A stretch of 64,000 nucleotides of DNA from an uncultured Eubacteriales bacterium (GCA_964545475.1 CAZJGG010000003.1:757-64756), one strand, 5' to 3'; numbered from the stretch's first letter, positions 27,153 through 37,021 are shown. Notes: generated from the sequence alone by a model not told the origin. Numbers and translations: made by a program.

Positions 27153-28829
27153 ATGAAAAAAAATGTAGCAATTTTATTGGCACTTGTATTGACAGTAGCT
27201 TCTTTTGCAGGTTGCGCAAGCAAGCCGGCTGCTCCGCCGGCAGATAGTGGGCAACCAACAGAATCCGCAAGCACAGGTGGAGAAAGCAGCGAAGCACCTG
27301 CTGAAAGCAGCGCCAAGCCAGCCAGTGCAACTTGGGCTTTTTCAAATGAAATTGAACAAATGGATCCGGCTCTTAGCAACTACTCAAGATCAAACATGAT
27401 GCTTAAAAACGTATTCGGAGGACTTTTCAGAGTTAACGAAGAAAACATTCCTGAAAAAGTTTATTGCGAAGATTACACTGTTGACGAAACAGGCACAAAG
27501 TATGAATTTAAAATTGTGCAGGGTGCTAAATGGTCCGACGGTTCTCCTCTTACAGCACATGACTTTGAATATAACATGAAACGTGTTGCAGACCCTAACA
27601 TAGCTTCAAAAGCGGCGGCTGATTCATTTTTCCTTAAAAACGCTGAAAGAGCTTTTAACGGAGAATGTTCTCTTGATGAAATCGGTGTAAAAGCTATTGA
27701 CGACACAACTTTACAAATTGAATTATCAGGGCCAACGCCATATTTCCTTTATGTATTAACTATGCCTTCTTACTTCCCGGTTAAAAAGGAAATTGTTGAA
27801 CAACAAGGCGATGCGTGGACAAAATCTCCTGACACTTACATAAGTAACGGTGCATTTATGGCAAAAGAAATTAGCCCTTTAAACTATACTTTTGTTAAAA
27901 ACCCTAACTTCGTTTTTGCTGATCAAGTAGGTTTAGAAGAACTTAAAATCGTTATTATGGATTCAAGAGAGGCTCACTTTGCAGCTTACAAAACAGGTGA
28001 CATTGATGTATCCGACTATTTAAGCGCAGAAGCTATATCTGAATATAAAGACTCAAGCGAATTGAAATTATCAGACAGAGTTAACCTTTATTATTTCGAC
28101 TTAAACAACTACAATAAAGAAATGTCTGACGTTAGAGTAAGAAAAGCTCTTTCAATGGCTATTGATAGAAAATTAATTATTAATAATATTATTGAAAAAT
28201 CACATCACCCAGCTTACAGTATAATACCTTACGGTATGCCGGACTTGCTTGACGGAAGCAAACAATTCCGTGATGTATCCGGAGATTTATTTACTGAAGA
28301 CGTTGAACAAGCAAAACAATTGCTTGCAGAAGCTGGTTATCCAAACGGAGAAGGACTTCCAGTTCTTAAATTCTTTACACAATCTAACCAGATTGACGTA
28401 GATACAGCGCAAGCTATGCAAGACATGTGGTTGTCTAACCTTGGGGTAAAAACAGAAATTACTACTTTTGAAGATAAAGCTTACTGGAGCGAACAAGACC
28501 AAATGCAATACGATATTTTCCGTGACGGCTTTACTTCAAGCTTCCCAGATCCATACGGCATGTTCTTAACATTTATTTGGCAAAAACAAGAAAGACAAAC
28601 TGGCTGGAAGAGCGAAGAATTTGAAAAATTAATGGCAGATTCTCGTGCAACTACAGACCAAGCAAAACGTGAAGAATATTTCTTAAAAGCTGAAAAACTT
28701 ATGATTGATGAGATGCCTATTATACCATTGTACCACATGGTTGATAACTTCCTTTGTAAGCCACACTTAAAAGGCATTTTCAAAACAGGCGGCGGCCACA
28801 TTGTATTTGAAAAGGCTTATGTAGAGTAA
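27153..28829 (+). CDS. family-5 peptide ABC substrate-binding lipoprotein (OppA/MppA type)
   Basis: Lipobox LTVASFAGC, then a Pro/Ser/Glu-rich linker, then the family-5 SBP body (558 aa). Confidence 0.88.
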   Translation: MKKNVAILLALVLTVASFAGCASKPAAPPADSGQPTESASTGGESSEAPAESSAKPASATWAFSNEIEQMDPALSNYSRSNMMLKNVFGGLFRVNEENIPEKVYCEDYTVDETGTKYEFKIVQGAKWSDGSPLTAHDFEYNMKRVADPNIASKAAADSFFLKNAERAFNGECSLDEIGVKAIDDTTLQIELSGPTPYFLYVLTMPSYFPVKKEIVEQQGDAWTKSPDTYISNGAFMAKEISPLNYTFVKNPNFVFADQVGLEELKIVIMDSREAHFAAYKTGDIDVSDYLSAEAISEYKDSSELKLSDRVNLYYFDLNNYNKEMSDVRVRKALSMAIDRKLIINNIIEKSHHPAYSIIPYGMPDLLDGSKQFRDVSGDLFTEDVEQAKQLLAEAGYPNGEGLPVLKFFTQSNQIDVDTAQAMQDMWLSNLGVKTEITTFEDKAYWSEQDQMQYDIFRDGFTSSFPDPYGMFLTFIWQKQERQTGWKSEEFEKLMADSRATTDQAKREEYFLKAEKLMIDEMPIIPLYHMVDNFLCKPHLKGIFKTGGGHIVFEKAYVE

Positions 28830-28859
28830 TTTTAATACTTTAATTTTAAATTAATATCA

Positions 28860-28888
28860 GGGCGTGTTTGAATTTTTCAGACACGCCC
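28860..28888 (+). terminator. hairpin after the binding-protein gene
   Basis: gggcgtgt - 13 nt - acacgccc. No U-tract. The same GGGCGTGT/ACACGCCC plus AAGGATTATT motif recurs at 20872..20918 and 51045..51079. Confidence 0.4.
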
Positions 28889-28937
28889 GATTAAGGATTA
28901 TTAGAAAAATATTGCCATAAATGGAGGTCAGTTAATT

Positions 28938-29873
28938 ATGCAAAAACCCAAAGCTTTAAAAAAGGGTGACACTATTGGCTTAGTTGCACCGTCCGGCCCA
29001 GTTAAGGATTTAAGCCAAATTGATAAGGCTGTTAAAATTATTGAAGAGTGGGGCTTTAAAGCAAAGCTTGGAAAAGCTGTTAAAGAGCAGTATGGTTATA
29101 TGGCAGGGCGTGAAGAAGGCCGTGTTGCGGATATTCATGAAATGTTTGCAGACGACAGCGTTGACGGCATTTTCTGTATAAGAGGGGGGTATGGTACACC
29201 TCGAATTGCAGGGATGCTTGATATGGATTTAATAAAGAAAAATCCAAAGGTGTTCGTTGGATACAGTGATATTACAACACTGCTAATAATGCTTGCGCAA
29301 CAAGGGGATATGGTTTCTTTCCATGGCCCAATGCCTACATCTGATTTCACTAGTGATAAATTCGGGGAATATTCAAAAGATAGTTTATTAAATACGGTTA
29401 CATCCACAGCACCTTTAGGGGAACTTAAAAACCCAGAAGGGCACGAACTTCAATGTTTATCCCCAGGGGTTGTAACAGCGCCTATTATTGGCGGAAACTT
29501 AACATTAATCGGCTTAACTATGGGAACACCTTATGAAATAGATTTAAAAGATAAAATATTGTTAATTGAAGATATAAGCGAAGAACCTCATAAAATAGAC
29601 GGCCGTCTTTGCCAGCTTAAAAACGCCGGCAAACTTGATGAATGCGCTGGTTTTATTATTGGGGATTTTAACGATGCAATTCCTTATAACACAAACCCAA
29701 GTCTTTTATGGGAAGAGGTTATTAACGATTTAATAATTCCAACTAAAAAACCTGTTTTAGGTAATTTACGAGCAGGTCACTGCGAACCAAAAATTACAGT
29801 GCCTTTCGGTGTGCCAGTTACTCTTGATGCCACAAATAAAAAGATTATTTGCAATGAAAGTTTTTGCATTTAA
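28938..29873 (+). CDS. ldcA: LD-carboxypeptidase (peptidase S66, muramoyl-tetrapeptide carboxypeptidase family)
   Basis: GDTIGLVAPSGP, IFCIRGGYG, VGYSDITTL (nucleophile Ser) and a C-terminal GH...P motif. Confidence 0.85.
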   Translation: MQKPKALKKGDTIGLVAPSGPVKDLSQIDKAVKIIEEWGFKAKLGKAVKEQYGYMAGREEGRVADIHEMFADDSVDGIFCIRGGYGTPRIAGMLDMDLIKKNPKVFVGYSDITTLLIMLAQQGDMVSFHGPMPTSDFTSDKFGEYSKDSLLNTVTSTAPLGELKNPEGHELQCLSPGVVTAPIIGGNLTLIGLTMGTPYEIDLKDKILLIEDISEEPHKIDGRLCQLKNAGKLDECAGFIIGDFNDAIPYNTNPSLLWEEVINDLIIPTKKPVLGNLRAGHCEPKITVPFGVPVTLDATNKKIICNESFCI

Positions 29874-29887
29874 TAGGAGGCTTTAAA

Positions 29888-31018
29888 TTGAGCTTTGAAA
29901 CTTATGCCGAAATTAATTTAGATAATATAACCCATAATATTACCGCCCTTAAAAAACATGTGGGAAATGCGGAGGTTATGGCTGTTTTAAAGGCAAACGC
30001 TTATGGGCTTGATGCGCCATCAATTTTTAAACATTTGTGCTCAATAGGGGTAAAGCGGTTTGCTGTTGCAAATTTTAGAGAAGCTATGGAGCTTAGGCAG
30101 ATAGATTCTCAAGTACCAATTCTTATTTTTGGAAACATTAATCCGGAAAATATGGAAACGGCGATTAATAATAATTTAACAATTACAGTTTTTTCTAAAG
30201 AGTTTTGGGAAATTTTGAAACAAAAAATAGACAAAAACGTTAATGTGCATATAAAACTTAACACGGGCTTTAACCGTTTAGGCTTTGAATGCGATGACGA
30301 AAGTGTTAAAATAATAAAAGAAATTGCAAACAATCCTTTTGTAAATACAGAAGGGGTATATTCCCATCTTGCCCTTGGAAGCGAGGAAAACGACAAGGCG
30401 CAATTTGACTTGTTTACCGATATGGTTTCAAGGCTTGAAAATGAGGGAATAAAATTTAAGTTTAAGCATATTGCTGATAGCATTTCCGCAGTGACATACA
30501 AATGGTCACACCTTGATATGGTTCGCCTTGGTGCGGTTATGTACGGGCTTAAAGCCAATTATCCCGGGTATGATGAATTGGGGCTTAAAGGTACTGTAAG
30601 GCTTTATTCAAGCGTATCCCAAGTTAGAAAAATTAAAAAAGGAGCAGGTATTTCTTACGACTATTTGTTTTGCGCCCCAGAAGATATGACCGTAGCCACA
30701 GTGGCGTTTGGTTATGCCGACGGTTACCCCAGAAATTTAGGCAGAGAAAACGGCTTTGTGCTTATTCATGGGCAAAAAGCTACTATTCTTGGTATAATGT
30801 GTATGGATCAGTGCGTTGTAGACGTTACTCATATTTCTGATGTGAGAGTTAACGATGAAGTGCTTCTTTATGAAACAGAAGATAAGTCGCCGGTTTCAGT
30901 AGCTTCTGTTGCGCTGTTGGCAGGGACAAACAAAAACGGCTTGCTTTCAGGTATAACTAAGAGGGTTGCGAAAGTTTATATTAAAAATTATGAAAGATTA
31001 TCGTCGGAGCAGTTATAA
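29888..31018 (+). CDS. alr: alanine racemase family protein
   Basis: PLP-lysine motif AVLKANAYG, GYADGYPR, ICMDQCVVDV. Start set to TTG 29888 behind AGGAGG. Confidence 0.85.
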   Translation: MSFETYAEINLDNITHNITALKKHVGNAEVMAVLKANAYGLDAPSIFKHLCSIGVKRFAVANFREAMELRQIDSQVPILIFGNINPENMETAINNNLTITVFSKEFWEILKQKIDKNVNVHIKLNTGFNRLGFECDDESVKIIKEIANNPFVNTEGVYSHLALGSEENDKAQFDLFTDMVSRLENEGIKFKFKHIADSISAVTYKWSHLDMVRLGAVMYGLKANYPGYDELGLKGTVRLYSSVSQVRKIKKGAGISYDYLFCAPEDMTVATVAFGYADGYPRNLGRENGFVLIHGQKATILGIMCMDQCVVDVTHISDVRVNDEVLLYETEDKSPVSVASVALLAGTNKNGLLSGITKRVAKVYIKNYERLSSEQL

Positions 31019-31052
31019 ATGTTAATAAATATATTTAAAAAGAAGGCTTGAA

Positions 31053-32243
31053 ATGAAATTAAATGAAATAAACAGGCAGGCTGATTTAATGTTTCCGCTG
31101 TTAACAGAGCTGAGAAGGCATTTACATATAAATCCAGAGCTTGGACAGCAGGAATTTATGACCCAAAAATTTATAATGGAGTTTCTTCAAAATGAGGGAA
31201 TCCCTTGTGAAAAAATTGCCGATACCGGAGTTATTGCTTGGGTTAAAGGAAACGCACCCGGCAGAGTTGTTGCCGCAAGAGCGGACATTGATGCCTTGCC
31301 GATTTTAGAGGATGACGGAGCAGCGTATTGCTCTGTAAACAAGGGAGTTATGCACGCTTGCGGTCATGATGCCCATACAGCCATAAATATGGGTTTGGCT
31401 AAATTTTTTAATGATAATAAAGAATCATTTCATGGTACGGTAAAATTCTTTTATCAGCCTGCAGAGGAAACTGTTGGCGGCGCAAGGCGCATGATTGAGG
31501 CAGGTTGCATGGAAAACCCGAAAGTTGATTATGTAATAGGGTTGCATGTTATGCCTTATATATATTATAATCAAGTGGAAGTAAAACACGGTCCTCTTAA
31601 CGCTTCAACAAACACAGTAAGACTTACTGTAAGAGGAAAAAGCGGACATGGGGCATACCCTGACATATGCGTTGATGCCATTATGATTGCGGCGCAAATT
31701 ATTGTGTCTTTACAATCAGTAGTAAGCAGAAATATTTCCCCCCTTGATTGCGCTGTTTTAACATTTGGCAAAATTAACGGAGGAAAAGCCGGCAACGTTA
31801 TTGCCGATGAGGTGGAGCTAGTTGGAACTTTGCGTTCTTCCGGGCCCCATGTGGAAAAAATTATGCTGGAAAAAGTAAGGACAATAGCAACGGGCATTGC
31901 TGCGGCTATGGGTGGCGAATGTATTATGAAGCTTGGGGGAGACGGTTATTTACCCCTTGTTAACGACGATGAGATTATTGATTTAATAACGGAAAACGCC
32001 GTGGAGTATTTAGGCGCAGAAAACGTTAATTTTAAGCCTGTTATGAGCATGGGTGGGGAAGATTTTTCTTTCTTTAACGCTAATACAAGAGGTGCATTTT
32101 ATAGCTTGGGTTGCCGTGTTCAGGGCAGAGAACCTTATGGGTTACATACAAAGCAATTTGATATTGATGAACGATGCTTGAAAACAGGGCTTGTTCTGCA
32201 AGCCATGAATATATATAAATTATTAGCATATGGCAAACTCTAA
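31053..32243 (+). CDS. M20D-family amidohydrolase (N-acyl-amino-acid / peptide amidohydrolase)
   Basis: LHxNPELGxQEF, ARADIDALP, MHACGHDAHT, QPAEE, GGEDFSFF. Confidence 0.85.
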   Translation: MKLNEINRQADLMFPLLTELRRHLHINPELGQQEFMTQKFIMEFLQNEGIPCEKIADTGVIAWVKGNAPGRVVAARADIDALPILEDDGAAYCSVNKGVMHACGHDAHTAINMGLAKFFNDNKESFHGTVKFFYQPAEETVGGARRMIEAGCMENPKVDYVIGLHVMPYIYYNQVEVKHGPLNASTNTVRLTVRGKSGHGAYPDICVDAIMIAAQIIVSLQSVVSRNISPLDCAVLTFGKINGGKAGNVIADEVELVGTLRSSGPHVEKIMLEKVRTIATGIAAAMGGECIMKLGGDGYLPLVNDDEIIDLITENAVEYLGAENVNFKPVMSMGGEDFSFFNANTRGAFYSLGCRVQGREPYGLHTKQFDIDERCLKTGLVLQAMNIYKLLAYGKL

Positions 32244-32389
32244 AAACCCCATTTCGCCATTTTTTTGGCAAATTTTCCGTTTTGCTGTGTCAGCGAGAAA
32301 CGCCCATACAATTGATAGTATGAACGTTCCTCGCTTCCTTTCAAAACGAAAAATTTGCTCAAAAATCTGACGAAAGCGAGTTTTTAGAG
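32238..32389 (+). repeat. foldback (MITE/REP-like) intergenic repeat, copy A
   Basis: Shares the blocks ggcaaattttccg, aaacgcccatac, tagtatgaacgtt, aaaatttgctcaaaaatc and aaagcgag with 54006..54177. Termini ctctaaaaac / gtttttagag are inverted. Overlaps the TAA of the M20D gene. Confidence 0.8.
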
Positions 32390-32412
32390 GTTGCCTATAA
32401 AGGAGATTAAAC

Positions 32413-33210
32413 ATGAAGATTTTTTTAAGCTGTGATATTGAGGGCACTAACGGAATTGCACATTGGGATGAAACTGAAAACGACAAAGCGCCTTACAAAT
32501 ATTGGGCGGACGTAATGACAAAAGAAGTTAACGCCGTTTGCAATGGTATTAACAATGCTTCTAGTGATTGCCAAATTTTTGTTAAAGACGCTCATGGCAG
32601 CGGTAGAAATCTTGACCATCAAATGCTTCCATTAAACGTTACTTTAAACAGAAGCTGGGCAAGACACCCATATTCTATGATGTACGGTATTGATTCTTCC
32701 TTTGATGCAACAATATTTTCCGGCTATCACAGCGGTGCAGCGAACAACGGTAATCCTCTTGCCCACACAATGAACGGGCAAATTATATATTTAAAAATTA
32801 ACGGCATGTATATTAGCGAATGTATAATGAACTATTATTCTTCGCTTTATAATGGCGTTCCTCTTGTTATGGTAGCCGGGGACGAAGCTCTTTGCGAATC
32901 AATTAAAAAAATTGAGCCTAACATTTACACTGTAACCAGCTTTGTGGGATGCGGCGGAAGCGTTACTTCTGAACACCCGGAAGTAACAAGAAAAAAAATA
33001 ATGGAGACAGCAGAAATTGCTGTTAAAAACCGTTCAAAAATGAGCGCTAAACTTCCAGAGGAGTTTAAAGCAGAAGTTTACTTTAAAACACATATGCAAG
33101 CTTCAAGAGCTACGTTTTACCCAGGGGCTTATAAAGTTACCGACCATAGCGTTGGCTTTGACACAAAAGATTACTTTGAATTCTTGAAATTTTTTATGTT
33201 TGTAAGCTAA
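32413..33210 (+). CDS. dppA: D-aminopeptidase DppA (peptidase M55)
   Basis: MKIFLSCDIEGTNGI N-terminus, VKDAHGSGRN, GYHSGA, VPLVMVAGDE. Collinear with B. subtilis DppA as I recall it. Confidence 0.85.
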   Translation: MKIFLSCDIEGTNGIAHWDETENDKAPYKYWADVMTKEVNAVCNGINNASSDCQIFVKDAHGSGRNLDHQMLPLNVTLNRSWARHPYSMMYGIDSSFDATIFSGYHSGAANNGNPLAHTMNGQIIYLKINGMYISECIMNYYSSLYNGVPLVMVAGDEALCESIKKIEPNIYTVTSFVGCGGSVTSEHPEVTRKKIMETAEIAVKNRSKMSAKLPEEFKAEVYFKTHMQASRATFYPGAYKVTDHSVGFDTKDYFEFLKFFMFVS

Positions 33211-33260
33211 CTGTAATTTATATATAAACAAAAGACAAATAATTAATAGGAGATATGTTA

Positions 33261-34583
33261 ATGGACTATAAAATTCATAGCAAAAACCTGCCTAACGACA
33301 AATTCTTTACAGTAAACCAAAACGGAAATATGGAATTTAATAAGTGCGACGTTGTGGAGCTTGCTAAGGAATACGGCACGCCTTTATATGTTGTAAATGA
33401 AGACGGAATCCGTGAAAAATGCCAGATAGTTAAAAAAGGCTTTATGAATAAATATGACAACACTTTGGCGCTTTACGCAAGCAAAGCTTTTAGTTGCACT
33501 GAAATTTATAGAATATTAAAAGAAGAAGGTTTGGGTGTAGACGTTGTATCCGGCGGAGAGCTTTACACGGCTTACAAAGCTGGTTTCCCTATGGACAAAG
33601 TTTATTTCCACGGAAACAATAAATCCGCTGCAGAATTAGAACTTGCCCTTGACTATAAAGTTGGCAGATTAGTTGTAGATAGCTATCACGAGCTAGAAGT
33701 TTTAAATGAAATTGCTAAAAAACGTGGCGTAAAGCAAGAAATTCTTTTAAGAATTTCTCCAGGTATAGATATTCACTCCCACGAATACTTAAAAACAGGG
33801 GTTTTAGACTGTAAATTCGGCTTCCCAATTGAAACCGGGTTTGCCCATGATGTTTGCCTTAAAGCCTCTCAATATGAAAACTTAGAATTGGTTGGTATTC
33901 ATTGCCATATAGGCTCTCAAATATTACTTACAGATAGTTTTACTGATGCAATTTTAGTTATGGCTAACTTTATTAAAGAAATTAAAGATAAATACGGTAT
34001 TTGCCTTAAAGAGTTAAACGTGGGCGGCGGTTACGGCGTGCGCTTTACTGATGATTCTGAATTTTTAGATGTTTGTAGCCTTTGGGAATTAATGATGAAT
34101 GCTCTTTACAAATTTTGCGACGAAAACTCCCTTGACATTCCAAAAGTCCTTATTGAGCCGGGAAGATGGATTATTTCTGAAAGCGGCATAACCCTTTATA
34201 AAACAGGTACTGAAAAAGATATTAAAGGTGTTCGCAAGTATATAAGCGTAGACGGCGGCATGGCAGACAACCCAAGAGTGACTTTATACGGCGCGAAATA
34301 TCAAGCTCTTTGTGCAAACAAAATGAATGAGCAGGAAACTCAGTTGGTTTCAATCGCCGGAAGATGCTGTGAAACAGGGGATATCCTCATTAAAGACATT
34401 GTTATGCCAGATCTTGAGCCAAACGATGTATTGGCGGTTCTTTCAACCGGGGCTTACAACTACGCAATGTCCAGCAATTATAACAGGCTTCCGAGACCTG
34501 CTGTTGTTATGATTAAGGACGGAAAGCCAAGAATAATTGTAAAACGGGAAACATATGAAGATATTATCCGCAATGACGTATAA
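33261..34583 (+). CDS. lysA: diaminopimelate decarboxylase
   Basis: GTPLYV, YASKAFSC, DVVSGGELYTA, HGNNKS, EPGRWI, DGGMADNPR, AGRCCETGD, STGAYNYAMSSNYNRLPRPAVV. Start set to the ATG 8 nt after AGGAG. Confidence 0.88.
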   Translation: MDYKIHSKNLPNDKFFTVNQNGNMEFNKCDVVELAKEYGTPLYVVNEDGIREKCQIVKKGFMNKYDNTLALYASKAFSCTEIYRILKEEGLGVDVVSGGELYTAYKAGFPMDKVYFHGNNKSAAELELALDYKVGRLVVDSYHELEVLNEIAKKRGVKQEILLRISPGIDIHSHEYLKTGVLDCKFGFPIETGFAHDVCLKASQYENLELVGIHCHIGSQILLTDSFTDAILVMANFIKEIKDKYGICLKELNVGGGYGVRFTDDSEFLDVCSLWELMMNALYKFCDENSLDIPKVLIEPGRWIISESGITLYKTGTEKDIKGVRKYISVDGGMADNPRVTLYGAKYQALCANKMNEQETQLVSIAGRCCETGDILIKDIVMPDLEPNDVLAVLSTGAYNYAMSSNYNRLPRPAVVMIKDGKPRIIVKRETYEDIIRNDV

Positions 34584-34600
34584 TATTTAAATAATTAAGA

Positions 34601-34636
34601 AATAGTGGTCGGCTTGGTTATGCCGCCACTATTTTT
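34601..34636 (+). terminator. rho-independent terminator after lysA
   Basis: atagtggtcggc - loop - gccgccactat, followed by ttttt. Confidence 0.7.
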
Positions 34637-34655
34637 ATAGAACGGAGATAATCTT

Positions 34656-35420
34656 ATGCAGGATAAAATAATTGAATATTACAACAATTACGATGAAGAC
34701 GGTAGACTAAAAAAAGATAACTTACATAAAGTTGAGTTTTTAACAACAACGGCTTACTTTGATAAATATTTTAGTTCAAGCCAGAAAATACTTGATGCCT
34801 GCGCAGGGACAGGCGTTTACGCCTTTTACTTTGCAGAAAAAGGACATGAAGTAACAGCGTGTGACTTAGTTTCTCACAATGTAGAAATTATGAAAAAAAG
34901 CCATAAAGCTGATATGCTAAAGCAAATTAGCGTTTGCGATGTGCTTAATATTTCGGAACAATTTGAGCCTGAATCTTTTGATTGTGTGTTGTGTATGGGT
35001 GCGCTTTATCATTTGCGTTCTAAAGAGGATAGGTTAAAGGCAATTAAAGAATGTTTTGATGCAACGAAAAAGGGCGGTTATGTTGTTTTGGCTTATGTAA
35101 ATATGTTTCCAGTAGTAATGTTGGAAACAAACGACGATTTAAGTAATATGGATGAGATGAACCGCATTTTAAATAAACAGGATGATTACATTTTTACTTT
35201 TTCAACTCCAGATGAAATAGAATCTTTGGCAGAACAAGTAGGGCTGAAAAAAGTTTGTCATTTTGGGGCAGACGGTATGTTTTACAGTATTATTGACAAA
35301 GTAAACAACGCTTCTGATGAAGACTTTAAAAAATTAATGGAATACCATTTGGCAACATGTGAAGAACCAAGCATTTTGGGAGCAAGTATGCATGGGTTAT
35401 ATATTGGGCAAAAATTATAA
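34656..35420 (+). CDS. class I SAM-dependent methyltransferase
   Basis: Motif I LDACAGTGVYAFYFAEKGHEVTACDL. Confidence 0.75.
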   Translation: MQDKIIEYYNNYDEDGRLKKDNLHKVEFLTTTAYFDKYFSSSQKILDACAGTGVYAFYFAEKGHEVTACDLVSHNVEIMKKSHKADMLKQISVCDVLNISEQFEPESFDCVLCMGALYHLRSKEDRLKAIKECFDATKKGGYVVLAYVNMFPVVMLETNDDLSNMDEMNRILNKQDDYIFTFSTPDEIESLAEQVGLKKVCHFGADGMFYSIIDKVNNASDEDFKKLMEYHLATCEEPSILGASMHGLYIGQKL

Positions 35421-35440
35421 AGTTATTTCAGCATAATCAT

Positions 35441-35478
35441 AAATTTTTAGAGCGTGTTAAAACACGCTCTAAAAATTT
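35441..35478. terminator. bidirectional terminator between convergent genes
   Basis: Near-perfect palindrome aaatttttagagcgtgtt-aa-aacacgctctaaaaattt, with an A-run and a T-run flanking. Confidence 0.75.
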
Positions 35479-36355
35479 ATTTAAATATATCGTTTTTAAT
35501 TTTAATACCTGTTTCAGTAAAGGCGATGCCTCCAAGGGCAGTTTCTCTTAGCTCAAAAGGAAGAGCCTTGCCGACTTTAAACATTGCCTCAATTACTTCA
35601 TCTGCAGGGATAATGCTTTTCATGCCCCCAAGAGCAAGGTCTGCGCTTAAAATGGCGTTAACCGCCTGGGAGGCATTTCTTTGGGCGCATGGAACTTGCA
35701 CAAGCCCGGCAACCGGGTCGCAAACAAGCCCCATACAGTTCATAAGGGCGAAACAGCAAGCGTTTATAGCAGCTTCGTTTGTGCCTCCTGCCAAAAACAC
35801 TGCCGCCGAAGCAGACATTGCTGCCGCTACGCCGCATTCTGCCTGACAGCCGCCTTCTGCCCCGGAAACCGTTGCATTTTTCATTATTATTGCGCCAATA
35901 CCGGAAGCAGTTAATAAAGCCTTTAAAATTTGATCTTTTTCACAATTATATTTTTCTCCCACTGATATTAAAACAGCCGGTAAAATTCCGCAAGCCCCTG
36001 CTGTTGGTGCGGCGCAAATTTTACCCATAGAGGCATTAACTTCACTGCAAGAAAGAGCTCTTGCCATAAGCTTATTTATAAAACCGCCGCAAATAGTGTT
36101 GTCATTTTTGCTATAATTGTTTTGAGTGGTGGAAAGCCCCTCAATTAAGCCGCCTACAGTAGGGAGCGCCTGGTCAAGAGCTTTTTCTGCGGATTTGCAC
36201 ATTACTTCGTAACGGCTATCAAGCTGTTGAAATATTTGTTCGTCTGTAAGACCAGTTAAATTCTTTTCGTTTTCAAGAATGACTTCCCATAAATGTGCAT
36301 TTTTATTTTTAGCCCCAGTGTATATATCATTAATTGTATTATACAAGTTTTTCAC
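35477..36355 (-). CDS. sdaAA: L-serine ammonia-lyase (Fe-S dependent), alpha subunit
   Basis: 292 aa. The CAAPTAGACG and GGCQAECG cysteine motifs are typical of SdaAA. Confidence 0.92.
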   Translation of the reverse strand: MKNLYNTINDIYTGAKNKNAHLWEVILENEKNLTGLTDEQIFQQLDSRYEVMCKSAEKALDQALPTVGGLIEGLSTTQNNYSKNDNTICGGFINKLMARALSCSEVNASMGKICAAPTAGACGILPAVLISVGEKYNCEKDQILKALLTASGIGAIIMKNATVSGAEGGCQAECGVAAAMSASAAVFLAGGTNEAAINACCFALMNCMGLVCDPVAGLVQVPCAQRNASQAVNAILSADLALGGMKSIIPADEVIEAMFKVGKALPFELRETALGGIAFTETGIKIKNDIFK

Positions 36356-36358
36356 CTC

Positions 36359-37021
36359 TTATATATTTATTGCGCAAACATCAATAATTTCATTAATTGC
36401 GCTTATTTCTGAAACTAACGAATCTTCAAGCTTACTGTCCGTCTCAATAACGCAAAAGGCAGTTCCGCCCTTTTCCTGCCGGCTTACTTTCATTGTGCCA
36501 ATATTTATGTTGTATTTGGCAAGTGCATGGCTAACTTTGCTGATAACACCGGGTTTGTCCTGTTGTTGAATAAGCAATGCCGAGGATTGAGCTGTAAATT
36601 CCACTTTAAAATCGTTGATTTTACTAATTAAAATTTGACCGCCTCCAATGGAAGAGCCAATAATAACGCCATATTTTTCAGTGTTATTAAAAAATGTCAT
36701 TTTTACCGTGTTTTCATGTACACCCTCTAAAACTGTTTCAGAAAATTTATAAGTAATGTTTTTATCTTTTGCTATAGAAAAAGATGAAGAAATTATTTCG
36801 TCATCTTCCATTATATCTAAAATTCCGGCAACAAGGGCAAGATTTGTACCGTGTCCAACATAAGTTTTGGCAAATGAACCATGAAGCTCAAACAAAACAT
36901 GGGTAAACGGCTTGGATATAATTTTTCTTGCAATTCTTGCAAGCCTTACAGCTCCGGCGGTATGAGAGCTAGACGGCCCAATCATAACAGGCCCAACAAC
37001 TTCAAAGATGCTTATACTCAA
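36359..37021 (-). CDS. sdaAB: L-serine ammonia-lyase (Fe-S dependent), beta subunit
   Basis: N-terminus SIFEVVGPVMIGPSSSHTAGA and a C-terminal ACT-like domain. Confidence 0.92.
   Translation of the reverse strand: MSISIFEVVGPVMIGPSSSHTAGAVRLARIARKIISKPFTHVLFELHGSFAKTYVGHGTNLALVAGILDIMEDDEIISSSFSIAKDKNITYKFSETVLEGVHENTVKMTFFNNTEKYGVIIGSSIGGGQILISKINDFKVEFTAQSSALLIQQQDKPGVISKVSHALAKYNINIGTMKVSRQEKGGTAFCVIETDSKLEDSLVSEISAINEIIDVCAINI

Noticed and set aside
32223-32486. 87-aa minus-strand ORF spanning the M20D-dppA intergenic region
   Set aside because: It lies across the foldback repeat and the dppA start. It is explained by the repeat and has no coding signals.
35454-35914. Plus-strand ORFs of 130 aa and 77 aa antisense to sdaAA
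   Set aside because: They are the Ala/Pro/Ser-rich mirror frame of a GC-richer coding region. sdaAA on the minus strand has clear family motifs.
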